A stretch of DNA of 64,000 nucleotides, from assembly GCA_027317865.1 (NCBI GenBank), contig DAHVQG010000002.1, forward strand, positions 32,001-96,000. The letters run 5' to 3'. Below the pieces are notes generated by a model. The model worked only from the letters and a program-made list of their open reading frames with translations, had not been told where the DNA came from and searched no databases. Shown piece by piece: positions 29,660 to 39,509 of this stretch (positions within the stretch are counted from its first letter, which is position 1; each line of letters opens with the position of its first letter). The DNA comes from Bdellovibrionales bacterium (GTDB lineage: Bacteria > Bdellovibrionota > Bdellovibrionia > Bdellovibrionales > UBA1609). The position numbers and the translations under genes were made by a program.

Positions 29660-30196
29660 CTAGCCTCCGACATTACCGAAAGTAACATTAGGAAACAGCT
29701 CATACGCGCTCGAATCAACGGGAATCGGCGTGTCGCCGAACGATGCTTTCGCCTGTGGTCGCGGCCGCTCGCGAACTTCGTCCATGATGTGGACAAGGTC
29801 GTTAAATGCCACGTCGCCTTGAGGCATAAGTTGAAGTTGCGTTACTTTTGGGTGTTCCTTTTTTATTGCAATCGCGGACGACAAAAGCCCTTTTAAATCG
29901 AAGTGGCCGTTCTTGTTGGCGATAGCCATCCGTTGCACGCGACCCGAAGGTGACGTGACTTCAAAGACAAACCCATGCGCCTTCGAAATTTGAAGCGATA
30001 TTGTGGTTTGCGGTTTTGGCGCGTGTTTGATTTCGCTTTTGCTTACAATTTGCGGAGTTGGCGCATTGATCATCCTTATTTGCACAAATGCGATACTCAA
30101 AAGCAGCATCGGAACAATCGATACGATGATATCTAAAAAAGGCGCCAAATTGAGAGCGAAAGTGGAATCCTCGACTCGCGTTCGCATGGTTCTCAT
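29660..30196 (-). CDS. ExbD/TolR-family motor subunit (AglQ-like)
   Basis: LNLAPFLDIIVSIVPMLL, LVHIMDEVR, LFPNVTF. Start at ATG 30196 after GGAGGG. Confidence 0.88.
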   Translation of the reverse strand: MRTMRTRVEDSTFALNLAPFLDIIVSIVPMLLLSIAFVQIRMINAPTPQIVSKSEIKHAPKPQTTISLQISKAHGFVFEVTSPSGRVQRMAIANKNGHFDLKGLLSSAIAIKKEHPKVTQLQLMPQGDVAFNDLVHIMDEVRERPRPQAKASFGDTPIPVDSSAYELFPNVTFGNVGG

Positions 30197-30212
30197 GCCG
30201 GTAAACCCTCCC

Positions 30213-30935
30213 TTAAGCGACCCGCGGTTTCGGGGGCGGTGGAGTTTTACCTTTTGCCACAAGCTCGGCTTTCATCCCATTTGGATAAACGGTGTTCTGT
30301 TTAAATGGCGCAAATCCCCGGGCCTTTAAAAACTCGATCACTTTGTGGGAATGTAAATCCATCTCGGAGAAAATTTTCGTCTGGCGGGAGTGTAAAAACG
30401 AATACAAAAACATCGTCGGAATCGCAACCATAAGTCCCATAGCCGTTGACGACATGGCGATTGAAATACCTTCCGCTAGTAATGTTTGCTTTTGTGCAGG
30501 ATCCGCAAAGCTCACCGCCTTAAATGCAACAATTAAACCTGAAACGGTTCCAAGCAACCCAATGAGAGTGACAACGTTAGCGACCATCGAAAGATGGCCT
30601 AAATTTTTTGAAATTTTTGGTCCCACTTCGCCGGCCGCGATGTCAACCGCATCGAGCATTGCTTCATCTTCGCGGTCACTGTGCTCCAAAATACGTTTGA
30701 TCACGTAAGGTAACGGCTTCTTTTCGTTCGCCCCGCAGAACGTAATCGCTTCTTCGATTTTGTCCTGATCGAGCATGTGCATAACTTGCTTCATGAACGC
30801 CCCTGTCGGCAGCGACAAATCAAAATACAACGCCTTGAAACGTTCAAAAATAAGGTACATCCCAAATAGCCCTACGCTACCGATACAAATTTCGACAATT
30901 TTGTAGTCGATTAAAAACTTAAGGACTGATTCCAT
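30213..30935 (-). CDS. MotA/TolQ/ExbB-family proton channel (AglR-like)
   Basis: LIFERF, TLIGLLGTVSGLI, GISIAMSSTAMGLMVAIP, three TM segments. Confidence 0.92.
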   Translation of the reverse strand: MESVLKFLIDYKIVEICIGSVGLFGMYLIFERFKALYFDLSLPTGAFMKQVMHMLDQDKIEEAITFCGANEKKPLPYVIKRILEHSDREDEAMLDAVDIAAGEVGPKISKNLGHLSMVANVVTLIGLLGTVSGLIVAFKAVSFADPAQKQTLLAEGISIAMSSTAMGLMVAIPTMFLYSFLHSRQTKIFSEMDLHSHKVIEFLKARGFAPFKQNTVYPNGMKAELVAKGKTPPPPKPRVA

Positions 30936-31006
30936 CTTGAACTCCCCTTTTTGGCCTCTGAAGTCGCGTTCAAAATGTCACGCACACTCCGCAGCCTCTA
31001 TGGCGT

Positions 31007-31034
31007 TCATCGGACTTATGTCAGCTCAACTTAA
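31007..31034 (-). promoter_or_regulatory. Putative sigma-28 promoter of the motor genes
   Basis: Minus strand TTAAG-N15-TCCGATGA, ~70 nt upstream of the ATG. Confidence 0.6.
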
Positions 31035-31224
31035 AATTGCAATTTATTGTCGAATATTTTTACAGGACGCAGTAATACTGTGCGACGCGACCTGCATGGC
31101 CCGGAAAAATCATATGACTTTCATTTAGGCCGCTTTTTTAAATCTTTTTTCACATGCCATTAGTTTTATAGTAGCACCAGTCTTCAAAGGCCAAGTTCAT
31201 ACTATATTTAAAAGAGGGATAATT

Positions 31225-31881
31225 ATGCTTCTAAGTAAGAAAGCCATACTATTTCTGTTTGTGGCACTTTCGTTTGTCGGGTTTTCACAGGCCGTATTTT
31301 CGCAGTCGTTAAATAATCCAACATATATTTGCAACGCCGCGACTAAAGTACCACAGCATCAACAAGCATTTTGGGGAAATGAATCGTCTTTACTAGTCCA
31401 GGCGCGAACTTCAGCTATGAATAAATGCAAAACGGATTCAACCGTTTCAACCTACTGTCATCCGTTTGATTGCTATTACATTGTCGACCGCGGATTTGGC
31501 CATACTGGCCTGCAACCCGTTACGGGGTTCTTGCAAAACCCAACCGCAAATCCAGTAAACAGCCGCCTTGCCGCACTCCCCGATAATCAATTGCTCAAGT
31601 TGGTTTGGGGTCCAAAATTGAATTCTTATAACGCGATTGAGCATTGCTATTTAATGCATGAAAGTGACCGCGCCTATACATCGATTAGACGCCACCACGG
31701 CATGTCCGATTACTACTTGGTTTCGGTAAAAAGATATTCGAGTTATCCGGATACCGTAACCTCCGCGCGGTTCTTTTTTAAAGAAAATCACGATGCACAA
31801 GCGCTTCACGGAGCACTCAATAGCCTCAGAGAGTTTCTCTTGTCCAGAACTTGTGAGCATTTGCTCCCCAATCCACTATAG
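31225..31881 (+). CDS. Secreted hypothetical protein with Cys residues
   Basis: Signal peptide, SD GAGGG, six Cys. No family recognised. Confidence 0.7.
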   Translation: MLLSKKAILFLFVALSFVGFSQAVFSQSLNNPTYICNAATKVPQHQQAFWGNESSLLVQARTSAMNKCKTDSTVSTYCHPFDCYYIVDRGFGHTGLQPVTGFLQNPTANPVNSRLAALPDNQLLKLVWGPKLNSYNAIEHCYLMHESDRAYTSIRRHHGMSDYYLVSVKRYSSYPDTVTSARFFFKENHDAQALHGALNSLREFLLSRTCEHLLPNPL

Positions 31882-31976
31882 TGAAGCGTTTTGCGCCGAG
31901 GCTTTCAAAAACTGGGCGCAGGAATAAGAGCCACAGTAGAACCGTAAAAAAAAGACAGAGCTTCATAACTAAAAGT

Positions 31977-32753
31977 TTAAAAATCACGCCATACTAAAAT
32001 AGGTAAATCGGTAGGGTTTTCACCACGCCCCGAATGTGTCGTATCCACCCAAATCAGATGTACCACCGGCGTGGCGGAACGCACCCTTTCAATAATGATC
32101 GGTTCATTTTCAAAAAACCAAATATCGCGATGACGACTCTTAAATTTCTCCACTATTTTTTGCATTTCTATTTCTTTAAACTCTTCATCTTCGATCGAGC
32201 CTTTGATCGGCTTCATGATGAGATTCGCTGGTAACATCGAACCATCGTTGGAGTGCAATTCGGGCTTTACAAAATTGAGCGGGAACCCCCACCGCTTGAG
32301 CGAGTCGACAGTGCCAATTTTCATATTACGTTCGTCACGACCGGTAAGATAGATGATTTGCGCACCGGCCTCATTTAGTTGCAAAACCGCTTCGCGACTA
32401 CCTGGATACGGCCGGTCTGCGTCTAAAAATTCAGAACTAAAAAAACGGCTGCGCCAGTAGTCGCGCAATGTTTTCGCAAAGGCTTCAGTCACTTGAATGC
32501 CCGAACGCTCAATTGCCTGCCGGAGCCCCCAGTCACGTGGCGTAATTTTCAACGCTGAAAGCTCGGCCACTTCGCTCGAAAATTTCTCTCGAATCGCCGG
32601 GTCATTCACAAATGTTTCGACAATTTTTTGCGTTCTTAAACTCACGTTAAAAAGCGTCGAATCAAGGTCAAAAACGACGAGCGGACTTTGGCCTGCGGAA
32701 TTTTTGCCTATGATTTCATCTACAATTTCCGAAATTGAAATTCTTCCGGTCAC
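31977..32753 (-). CDS. HAD-superfamily hydrolase
   Basis: VVFDLDSTLF motif I, PYPG, YLTGR motif II. Confidence 0.85.
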   Translation of the reverse strand: MTGRISISEIVDEIIGKNSAGQSPLVVFDLDSTLFNVSLRTQKIVETFVNDPAIREKFSSEVAELSALKITPRDWGLRQAIERSGIQVTEAFAKTLRDYWRSRFFSSEFLDADRPYPGSREAVLQLNEAGAQIIYLTGRDERNMKIGTVDSLKRWGFPLNFVKPELHSNDGSMLPANLIMKPIKGSIEDEEFKEIEMQKIVEKFKSRHRDIWFFENEPIIIERVRSATPVVHLIWVDTTHSGRGENPTDLPILVWRDF

Positions 32754-33322
32754 CTGCGCTCCAGGTACGGCCGTGCCATTTCGAACGACGCCAACATCAA
32801 CGAATGGATTTTTTTTGACCGGTACAAAAGCGGTAAGAAACGTGAAATCGGCAATGTGCGGACGTAAAGATCTTCAAAAGGATCAAGCTTCAAATCGCCA
32901 ATTCGCGTGCATTCAAGTGCCAAAAAGACGTGGCATTTATTCGTCAAGAGCGCCGGATTTGGATAATGATACCCCAAATACTTCCATTTTTTTGCAACGC
33001 AACCCGTTTCTTCGCGCAGCTCACGTTTGGCCGCCGTTAATGGTCGTTCTTTGCGGTTCGGGTGCGTTGACCCCCCCGGGAACTCCAAATACCAACCCTT
33101 ACCTGGATAGCGATATTGTTCAACAAGAAGCAAATCATTTTGCTTGTTCAAAGCGACGACTTGAACCCAATCCGGAAAGTCGACTACAAAATATCTGGGC
33201 ATCACGCGGCCGTCTGGCAGACGGCACTGATCGACCCGCATCTGAAAATAATGCGTGGAAAAAATTTCTTGCGACGCTACTTTTCGCCACTTGCCACGCG
33301 ACTTTAGTTTAACGCCGGGCAT
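32750..33322 (-). CDS. NUDIX hydrolase (ADP-ribose pyrophosphatase-like)
   Basis: EQYRYP...LEFPGG...AAKRELREETG Nudix box. Confidence 0.92.
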   Translation of the reverse strand: MPGVKLKSRGKWRKVASQEIFSTHYFQMRVDQCRLPDGRVMPRYFVVDFPDWVQVVALNKQNDLLLVEQYRYPGKGWYLEFPGGSTHPNRKERPLTAAKRELREETGCVAKKWKYLGYHYPNPALLTNKCHVFLALECTRIGDLKLDPFEDLYVRTLPISRFLPLLYRSKKIHSLMLASFEMARPYLERR

Positions 33323-34044
33323 ACCAAACTCGGATAACGGGAATCGGTGATACGAACAGCCGACAAATATATTTTTTTATTTGGGCCGAAACTCACAAAA
33401 TAGAAAGTGCCGCCGATTACAGGTAAATAACGAATTTTGGTGGCATTAAGATGAAATCCCGATTTTGAATTCGCGGTCAAAAGAGTTTTTGTCACATCCA
33501 TGTAACGATCGCAGCCAGCGCCAAAAAGATTACCGCCTATTTTTCGTTGCTTCGTATTACTGAAGAAATAAATGCGCAGATTCTTAAGCGGGCTTTTTGG
33601 CTCACCGGCACGATGAACATTAAAATGCATGTAGAAACTGCCTTTTTTGCCGACAACAACTCCCGCCAGATCGATTGCACCACCGCCGTCAGGCAGATCA
33701 AATTCAGTGTTTTGAGAAAGCACGCCTTGCTCGCCGCTCATAAAATAAATTGTTACGTCAAGTAGACCCCGCGGGATCTGGCTCAAAATTTCGGATTTGG
33801 TTAAAACTATTTTTGGATAGGCCTTATGAATGTAATTTAAATATTCCGTTCGAAATATGTGGCTGAGTTTTTTTGGAACAATAAAATTCTTACTCGAAAC
33901 GACGATATTACCGGAAGCAAATTCGCCATGAGGATGCCAATTGGCGGTACCGTGCTTGCACCCTGATATCGCTATGACAGCGACGACGATCAATATTGCC
34001 TTCATCGTACCAACATGATGAACACCCACGCGATTATTTCGCAT
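33304..34044 (-). CDS. Hypothetical lipoprotein
   Basis: MKAILIVVAVIAISGC lipobox (true start may be this downstream Met). Overlaps both neighbours. Confidence 0.7.
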   Translation of the reverse strand: MRNNRVGVHHVGTMKAILIVVAVIAISGCKHGTANWHPHGEFASGNIVVSSKNFIVPKKLSHIFRTEYLNYIHKAYPKIVLTKSEILSQIPRGLLDVTIYFMSGEQGVLSQNTEFDLPDGGGAIDLAGVVVGKKGSFYMHFNVHRAGEPKSPLKNLRIYFFSNTKQRKIGGNLFGAGCDRYMDVTKTLLTANSKSGFHLNATKIRYLPVIGGTFYFVSFGPNKKIYLSAVRITDSRYPSLVCPALN

Positions 34045-35797
34045 GATTTTCGGTCTCGCTTAATTTGCCGCTGAGGGCGTAAAAGGGCTTATAATCGCTC
34101 GCCATTTCGAGTCCGGTCATTAAATATTTTCTCGCTACCGGGATATGATTTTGTTCAATCGCAACATTCGCAAGCCCCGCCAATGCGTCGAGTTCGCGAT
34201 TCGATTTAATGAGAACATCCTCCCAATAAGTACGAGCGCAATCCATGTCGCCGGATTTTTGACAAAGGCGAGCGAACAACCGGCGCGGTTGAATCCACTG
34301 ACCAGTTGGGTCGTTTGCCACCGCTGTTTTAAGAGCCACTTCCGCTTGATCGTCCATATCCGCTGACTCGAGCAAATAGGCATTAATCGACTGAACAATT
34401 GTATCCTGTGGGGCCTGGGCTAATGCATTGTCAATGTAACCGTTGGCTTTGGAATACTGACCCGCTTTTGCATAACACATGGCTAAAAACGCGCTCACTA
34501 CCGGCGAGGGTTGCGAATTTTGCGTAACGGCCTGACACCAGTTTAACAAATGCGGCCACGTCACGCGATCCCGATATACAAATAAATTATGTTTAAATTC
34601 GGATGTCATGTTAAGATCAGAATCGAGAATTTTGTCGACTTCTGAAGAAATATTGACCGTGTCGCCAATTAATGACTCCAAATAAACGGCCGCGACACGC
34701 GCCTCAAGGGCATAATCGAAAGATTGGTTGGCAAAATCCCTGATGGCCAATATGCCCGCCTGCATCTGCTTTTTATTTTTATTAGTCTTGTAAAGTTTCG
34801 CCAAAGTTTGCGCCAACATTATGAACTCTGCACCATCCGGATGACTTGACTGTATCGCGAGCTGCAATTGATCATTTGCCTTGTGGAGTTCGCCTTCGTT
34901 TAAAGCGGTCGCCCCAAGATCTATAATCGCTGGCTGAAAAGTTGGATCGACGCCCAATGCTTTTTGAAATGAGGCTTCAGCGTCTTGAGTGTCTCCGTCT
35001 TTGAGATCCGCGATGCCGATACCGGTTAGTATCCGTTTCTCGTCGACGTTAGACAGATTTTGCAGCTTCTCGAGAAGCCGACGCCCTTCAGAAGTTTGGT
35101 CCCCCATTTGTATTTTTAAAATACCAAGCCAAAGATAAATGTTCGTGTCGCTCGGTTTAAGCGCGTAGGCTTGACTGTACAAATTCAGCGCCTGCCGGTA
35201 CCGGCCCTTGGCATAATCTTGAGCGGCCTCGGTTGTCACCGCTCCTAATTGATCGCGCTTTTGAATGGGCTTTTCGACGAACCGCTGAAAAGCGACAATG
35301 CCGACCGCTAAAAGTACAACCATTATTGTAAGAACCCAAATCCACCGCGAATTTTTTTGCGCTTCTTCTTTGGCTACGCGATCGGCGTCGTATGCAAATG
35401 CCTGGGCGTGAGCGCGCTCCGATTTTAAATCGTCTATACTGTGAAATAAAACATCTTGTACGGGCGATAGCGGCAGCTCCTTTATTTCGGCCGTGTGTTC
35501 GTCGGGTTCCGGGCTCGAAGAAATCGTTTGCGTTTCGTCGATATTTCGTGTCGTCGAATCATCGGCCGAATTGCGCAAACCTTGCACTCGAACTTCCTCG
35601 ATCACCTTGGCAAATATGGGCTCGTCACGCAGATAAACCCAGCGCCCGCAAGGTCTTGAAACTTCATCAAGCGGCACAAGAACGCGTTCACGAAGTAAAT
35701 CGCCAATTTGACGATCGAAATATGGTCCAATAATGCGGCCACTAGCTCTAATTAGCCACAGAGTATTTTTACCAACTTTTAGAGACGCTGCCATCAC
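34034..35797 (-). CDS. Membrane protein with a cytoplasmic GYF_2-like domain, a TM and periplasmic TPRs
   Basis: WLIRASGRIIGPY...LVPLDEV...W; TM WIWVLTIMVVLLAVGIVAF; TPR helices. Confidence 0.8.
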   Translation of the reverse strand: MMAASLKVGKNTLWLIRASGRIIGPYFDRQIGDLLRERVLVPLDEVSRPCGRWVYLRDEPIFAKVIEEVRVQGLRNSADDSTTRNIDETQTISSSPEPDEHTAEIKELPLSPVQDVLFHSIDDLKSERAHAQAFAYDADRVAKEEAQKNSRWIWVLTIMVVLLAVGIVAFQRFVEKPIQKRDQLGAVTTEAAQDYAKGRYRQALNLYSQAYALKPSDTNIYLWLGILKIQMGDQTSEGRRLLEKLQNLSNVDEKRILTGIGIADLKDGDTQDAEASFQKALGVDPTFQPAIIDLGATALNEGELHKANDQLQLAIQSSHPDGAEFIMLAQTLAKLYKTNKNKKQMQAGILAIRDFANQSFDYALEARVAAVYLESLIGDTVNISSEVDKILDSDLNMTSEFKHNLFVYRDRVTWPHLLNWCQAVTQNSQPSPVVSAFLAMCYAKAGQYSKANGYIDNALAQAPQDTIVQSINAYLLESADMDDQAEVALKTAVANDPTGQWIQPRRLFARLCQKSGDMDCARTYWEDVLIKSNRELDALAGLANVAIEQNHIPVARKYLMTGLEMASDYKPFYALSGKLSETENHAK

Positions 35798-35814
35798 ATG
35801 CCTCGATTTGCCGA

Positions 35815-37359
35815 CTAATGCGCGAAGTGGCGCCTTCCGGTCAGAACCATTGTGAGCCCCTTTTCTTTCGCACGCGCGATCACTTCTTCATCTTTAACTG
35901 ATCCACCAGGTTGAATAATATATTGAATTCCCGCTTCGCAAATTAGATCGATAGAATCCGCAAACGGAAAAAATGCATCGCTTGCCAATACCGCGCCATT
36001 CGTATTTTTATGAAAACGGCGCATCCGCGAGATCGCGTTCTCGACCGCGTCGACCCGATTGACCTGTCCCATCCCCAGGCCCAAGGTTTGAGAATTTCGC
36101 GTAATGGCGATGGCATTGCTTTTTAGGTGTGCGCAGACTTGCCACGCGAAAAGAAGATCTTGTCGAATTTGTTCACTAGGGGCTTCGCCTATGACCCTCC
36201 AACTCTCAGACCATTCGCTTTCAACTTGGTCGGCAGTTTGAACAAGAAACCCGCCGCTAATGGAGCGATAACGAAAAGTCTCGGATCGTTCAGTCAACTC
36301 GGGCCAAATCAAAACTCGCAAATTTTTCTTTTTGGACAATGCCACGGCCGCCTCGCGGGTCAGGTCCGGCGCAACCACACATTCCAGAAAAAGTCCCGTC
36401 ACAATTTCCGCAACCGGCACATCCAGCTTGAAATCCATCGCTACAATCCCGCCAAAAACAGATTGCGAATCGGCGGCAATTGCAAGTTCAGCGGCCTTTG
36501 CCGGATTTGACGATCGGGCCACCCCACAAGGGCTATTATGTTTAACCGCAACACAAGTCGAAAGCCGGTTGGGAGTCGATGAAAACTCGCGAACCGTTGC
36601 GATTGCGGCCTCGAGGTCGATTAAGTTGTTATACGAAAGTTCTTTGCCTTGCAAAATACGCGCTTGATGAAGACCCGAGCGTTCACCGCGAATTCGAAAC
36701 CACGCGGCCTTTTGCTGAGGATTCTCGCCGTAGCGAAGCGCTTTGACATGCTCACCGCCGAGACCGTAATCACGAAAATCAAGCGCCGAATCACCAGCAA
36801 AGTGCCGCGAAATCATGGCGTCGTAAGCGGAGGTGTGCGCAAAAACTTTGGCGGCAAGCTGGCGGCGATCTTCGAGGGTTAATCCCTCTGGTTTTTCGAG
36901 AACGCGTCCATAATCAGCTGGATCGCACAAAACGGTGATGCGCTCGAAATTTTTCGACGCCGATCGTAAAAATGAAGGCCCGCCAATATCGATTTTTTCT
37001 ACTGAAGGCGCCGACTCAAACGGATACAAATTGCCGACCACTAAATCAAAAGCTTCAATTCCATATTCGTGAAGTACGGCTGTGTCTTCTGCATTACCTT
37101 CGCGCGCCAAAAGCGCCATGTGAATTTTCGGATGAAGCGTTTTCACACGCCCATCCATAACCTCTTGAAAACCGGTTTGCTCTGAAACATCGACGACCTT
37201 GAGGCCGGCTTCGCGCAAATAGTTGGCTGTTCCACCGGTTGAAACAATACGAAGGCCATCGCGCTGAAGAGGTTTCAGAAAATCGGCAAGACCAGTTTTG
37301 TCGGAGCAACTCACCAGCGCATTTTGAAACGAAAAATTTTTTTTCGAATGAGATGTCAT
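35815..37359 (-). CDS. purH: Bifunctional AICAR transformylase/IMP cyclohydrolase
   Basis: SDKTGL, STGGTA, GRVKTLHP, IDIGG, LRYGENPQQ, KHNSPCG, ASDAFFPF, QPGGS, RHFAH. Start at ATG 37359. Confidence 0.97.
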   Translation of the reverse strand: MTSHSKKNFSFQNALVSCSDKTGLADFLKPLQRDGLRIVSTGGTANYLREAGLKVVDVSEQTGFQEVMDGRVKTLHPKIHMALLAREGNAEDTAVLHEYGIEAFDLVVGNLYPFESAPSVEKIDIGGPSFLRSASKNFERITVLCDPADYGRVLEKPEGLTLEDRRQLAAKVFAHTSAYDAMISRHFAGDSALDFRDYGLGGEHVKALRYGENPQQKAAWFRIRGERSGLHQARILQGKELSYNNLIDLEAAIATVREFSSTPNRLSTCVAVKHNSPCGVARSSNPAKAAELAIAADSQSVFGGIVAMDFKLDVPVAEIVTGLFLECVVAPDLTREAAVALSKKKNLRVLIWPELTERSETFRYRSISGGFLVQTADQVESEWSESWRVIGEAPSEQIRQDLLFAWQVCAHLKSNAIAITRNSQTLGLGMGQVNRVDAVENAISRMRRFHKNTNGAVLASDAFFPFADSIDLICEAGIQYIIQPGGSVKDEEVIARAKEKGLTMVLTGRRHFAH

Positions 37360-37381
37360 GCGCGCCTGCCTTTGCCAAAAT

Positions 37382-38755
37382 TTAAAATGCGTATCGAGTA
37401 GCAAACAGCTTCAAGTCGTCGTTCGTCAAGAACAGACCCGCGCCGATAAAGGCGCTGCGCAAAGCTGGATTTGCTAAATTGTCACCGCCGCCGACGAGGT
37501 AAAGACCTTTAAATAAGTTGTAACGCAAATATGCACGAATGACCGTGTCTTGAAAATCAAACGCTTCAACAGACGCACGCAATTTGCGGCCGAACAAGAA
37601 ATAATCAAGCCCGACGCCGCCTGAACTCTCCATCAGTCCGGCTTTTACAGTAAAGTTATAAAAGTTTTTGGCAAAAAGCGCATTGAACTTAAGCTGGTTA
37701 TGATAGGTCATCGTCTCCGTATAATCTTGGTTTAGAGTTCCGGAATCTTGTTGCCGTGTTACGGTCACGTATCCGCGTGGGTCGTCGACAATGCCAACTT
37801 CGTAATACCGATCAAGCCCCGGTTGGATGCGAATGTTGAGAAAAGATTGGATGAGCCCGGGTGCCGCTAAATATTCAGAGTGATAATCAAACGCGGTCTC
37901 CATCGACTGGGCGCCACCCAAAAAATTGTCTAGCTTATCAAGATCGGAATTGATTTTGTTCGATGTCGAATCATCGTTAACAAGTTGCCCGATCGTACCT
38001 TTGCCGCTATTGATTTTGTCAGTAATTTGCTCAATGTTGTCCGCACTTTTTTGGAGACGATTGATCCCAGTCGACAGATTATGCCAAGTCGAATCAAAAC
38101 CTTGTGGCCCGTGATCTTTCATCACTTTGGCAAGTTCTGAAGTAATAACATTGATGTTCGAAATAATGCTGGTGAGTTTATGTTTATTCTTGCCGGTTAT
38201 TTGCGCAAGATCTCCCGAAACTTTTTCGATATTCATCATGATGCGGCCAAGAACGGTCGTGTTATCGCCGTTTCGCCCTGTTGCACGTTTAAGCGTGGTC
38301 GCCACGTCATTGAGCGACTTTGCGATTTTACTAATTTGAGTGAGTAGCGAGGTGACCGAGCCGCCTTCAGTAGCCGTCAAAATTTGCGAACCGTCGGGCA
38401 ATTCGGGATCTTTGGGGTTACCAGGTACGAGTTCCACATGCCGGTCGCCTAAAATACCGTCTGAAACCAACTCGACGTATCCGGAGGTATGCATTTTGAC
38501 ACTTCCGGTAACTTCGATGAAGACGCGCGCCTTACCGTTAACTAATTTTATTTTTTCAATATTACCAACTTTAATACCGGCTTCTTTTACAGGTCCATTG
38601 GGAATAAGTCCGTTGGCATTATCAAGGTCAAAATAGTACGATTTCGTACGCTCGAATAAACCGGGGCCCTGATTCACTTTTAAAGACATGAATCCAATCA
38701 ACGCCGCGACTATCGCGACAAGAGCGCCAACTTTGAACTCCGGTGACTGAATCAT
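37382..38755 (-). CDS. mlaD: Long MCE/MlaD-family protein with a helical stalk and beta-rich C-terminus
   Basis: EFKVG TM, ANGL...V..AGIKVG, GILGDRHVELVPG, INSGKGTIGQLVND, C-terminal amphipathic strands. Confidence 0.9.
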   Translation of the reverse strand: MIQSPEFKVGALVAIVAALIGFMSLKVNQGPGLFERTKSYYFDLDNANGLIPNGPVKEAGIKVGNIEKIKLVNGKARVFIEVTGSVKMHTSGYVELVSDGILGDRHVELVPGNPKDPELPDGSQILTATEGGSVTSLLTQISKIAKSLNDVATTLKRATGRNGDNTTVLGRIMMNIEKVSGDLAQITGKNKHKLTSIISNINVITSELAKVMKDHGPQGFDSTWHNLSTGINRLQKSADNIEQITDKINSGKGTIGQLVNDDSTSNKINSDLDKLDNFLGGAQSMETAFDYHSEYLAAPGLIQSFLNIRIQPGLDRYYEVGIVDDPRGYVTVTRQQDSGTLNQDYTETMTYHNQLKFNALFAKNFYNFTVKAGLMESSGGVGLDYFLFGRKLRASVEAFDFQDTVIRAYLRYNLFKGLYLVGGGDNLANPALRSAFIGAGLFLTNDDLKLFATRYAF

Positions 38756-38757
38756 GA

Positions 38758-39507
38758 TTACTTCAAGCCCTTTTCTAAAAAGCTCTTCACAAGTGGAATT
38801 TCAGATTCAAAAAACACCTGCTTATTCCCCTGCAAAAGCACTCGCCCTTTATCTAACATTACAATGAAATCGCCAATGCGAAACGCCGCGTGCAAATCGT
38901 GGGTCACCATGATGCTAGTAGAACCTTTGTGCATTTTATGCGTCGTCAAAATCAATTCGTCGACCATTTCAGTCAATATAGGATCCAATCCTGTCGTGGG
39001 CTCGTCATAAAGAATAATGTCCGGATCAAGGGCCAAGGCCCGCGCAAGACCCACACGCTTTCGCTGACCGCCTGATAATTCTTCGGGTAATTTTTGAAAA
39101 TGCTTTTCGTCCATGCCCGCATCGTTGAGTTTCTTGGTTGCCGTCTCTTTAATCCGCTTCTGACCCCAATCAGGACGATGCTCGACCATCGGAAAGCTCA
39201 CATTCTCGATCACCGTCATATCGTCGAACAGTGCGCTGTTCTGAAATAATACACCAAGATGACATCGAAACTCAGTCAACTCTTCATAACTAAGCGTGTT
39301 CAGGACCCGACCCAAGACCCGAACCTCGCCTTCGGTCGGTGAAATGAGACCCAAGATATGCTTCAACAAAACCGATTTGCCAGTGCCGCTAAAACCGATA
39401 ATGGCCGTAATCACGCCACGAGGAACTGTCAGTTCAAGATCGTTGAGCACGTACTCACGGCCATCAAACGTTTTTTTCAAATGATGTATTTCTACGGCCG
39501 CATCCAT
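38758..39507 (-). CDS. mlaF: MlaF-type ABC ATPase
   Basis: GFSGTGKS, FQNSALFD, LSGGQRKRVGLARAL, YDEPTTGLDP, VTHD. Start at ATG 39507. Confidence 0.92.
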   Translation of the reverse strand: MDAAVEIHHLKKTFDGREYVLNDLELTVPRGVITAIIGFSGTGKSVLLKHILGLISPTEGEVRVLGRVLNTLSYEELTEFRCHLGVLFQNSALFDDMTVIENVSFPMVEHRPDWGQKRIKETATKKLNDAGMDEKHFQKLPEELSGGQRKRVGLARALALDPDIILYDEPTTGLDPILTEMVDELILTTHKMHKGSTSIMVTHDLHAAFRIGDFIVMLDKGRVLLQGNKQVFFESEIPLVKSFLEKGLK

Positions 39508-39509
39508 TT

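Noticed and set aside
32497-33312. 271-aa plus-strand ORF
   Set aside because: It is antisense to the NUDIX and HAD genes and has no recognisable features.
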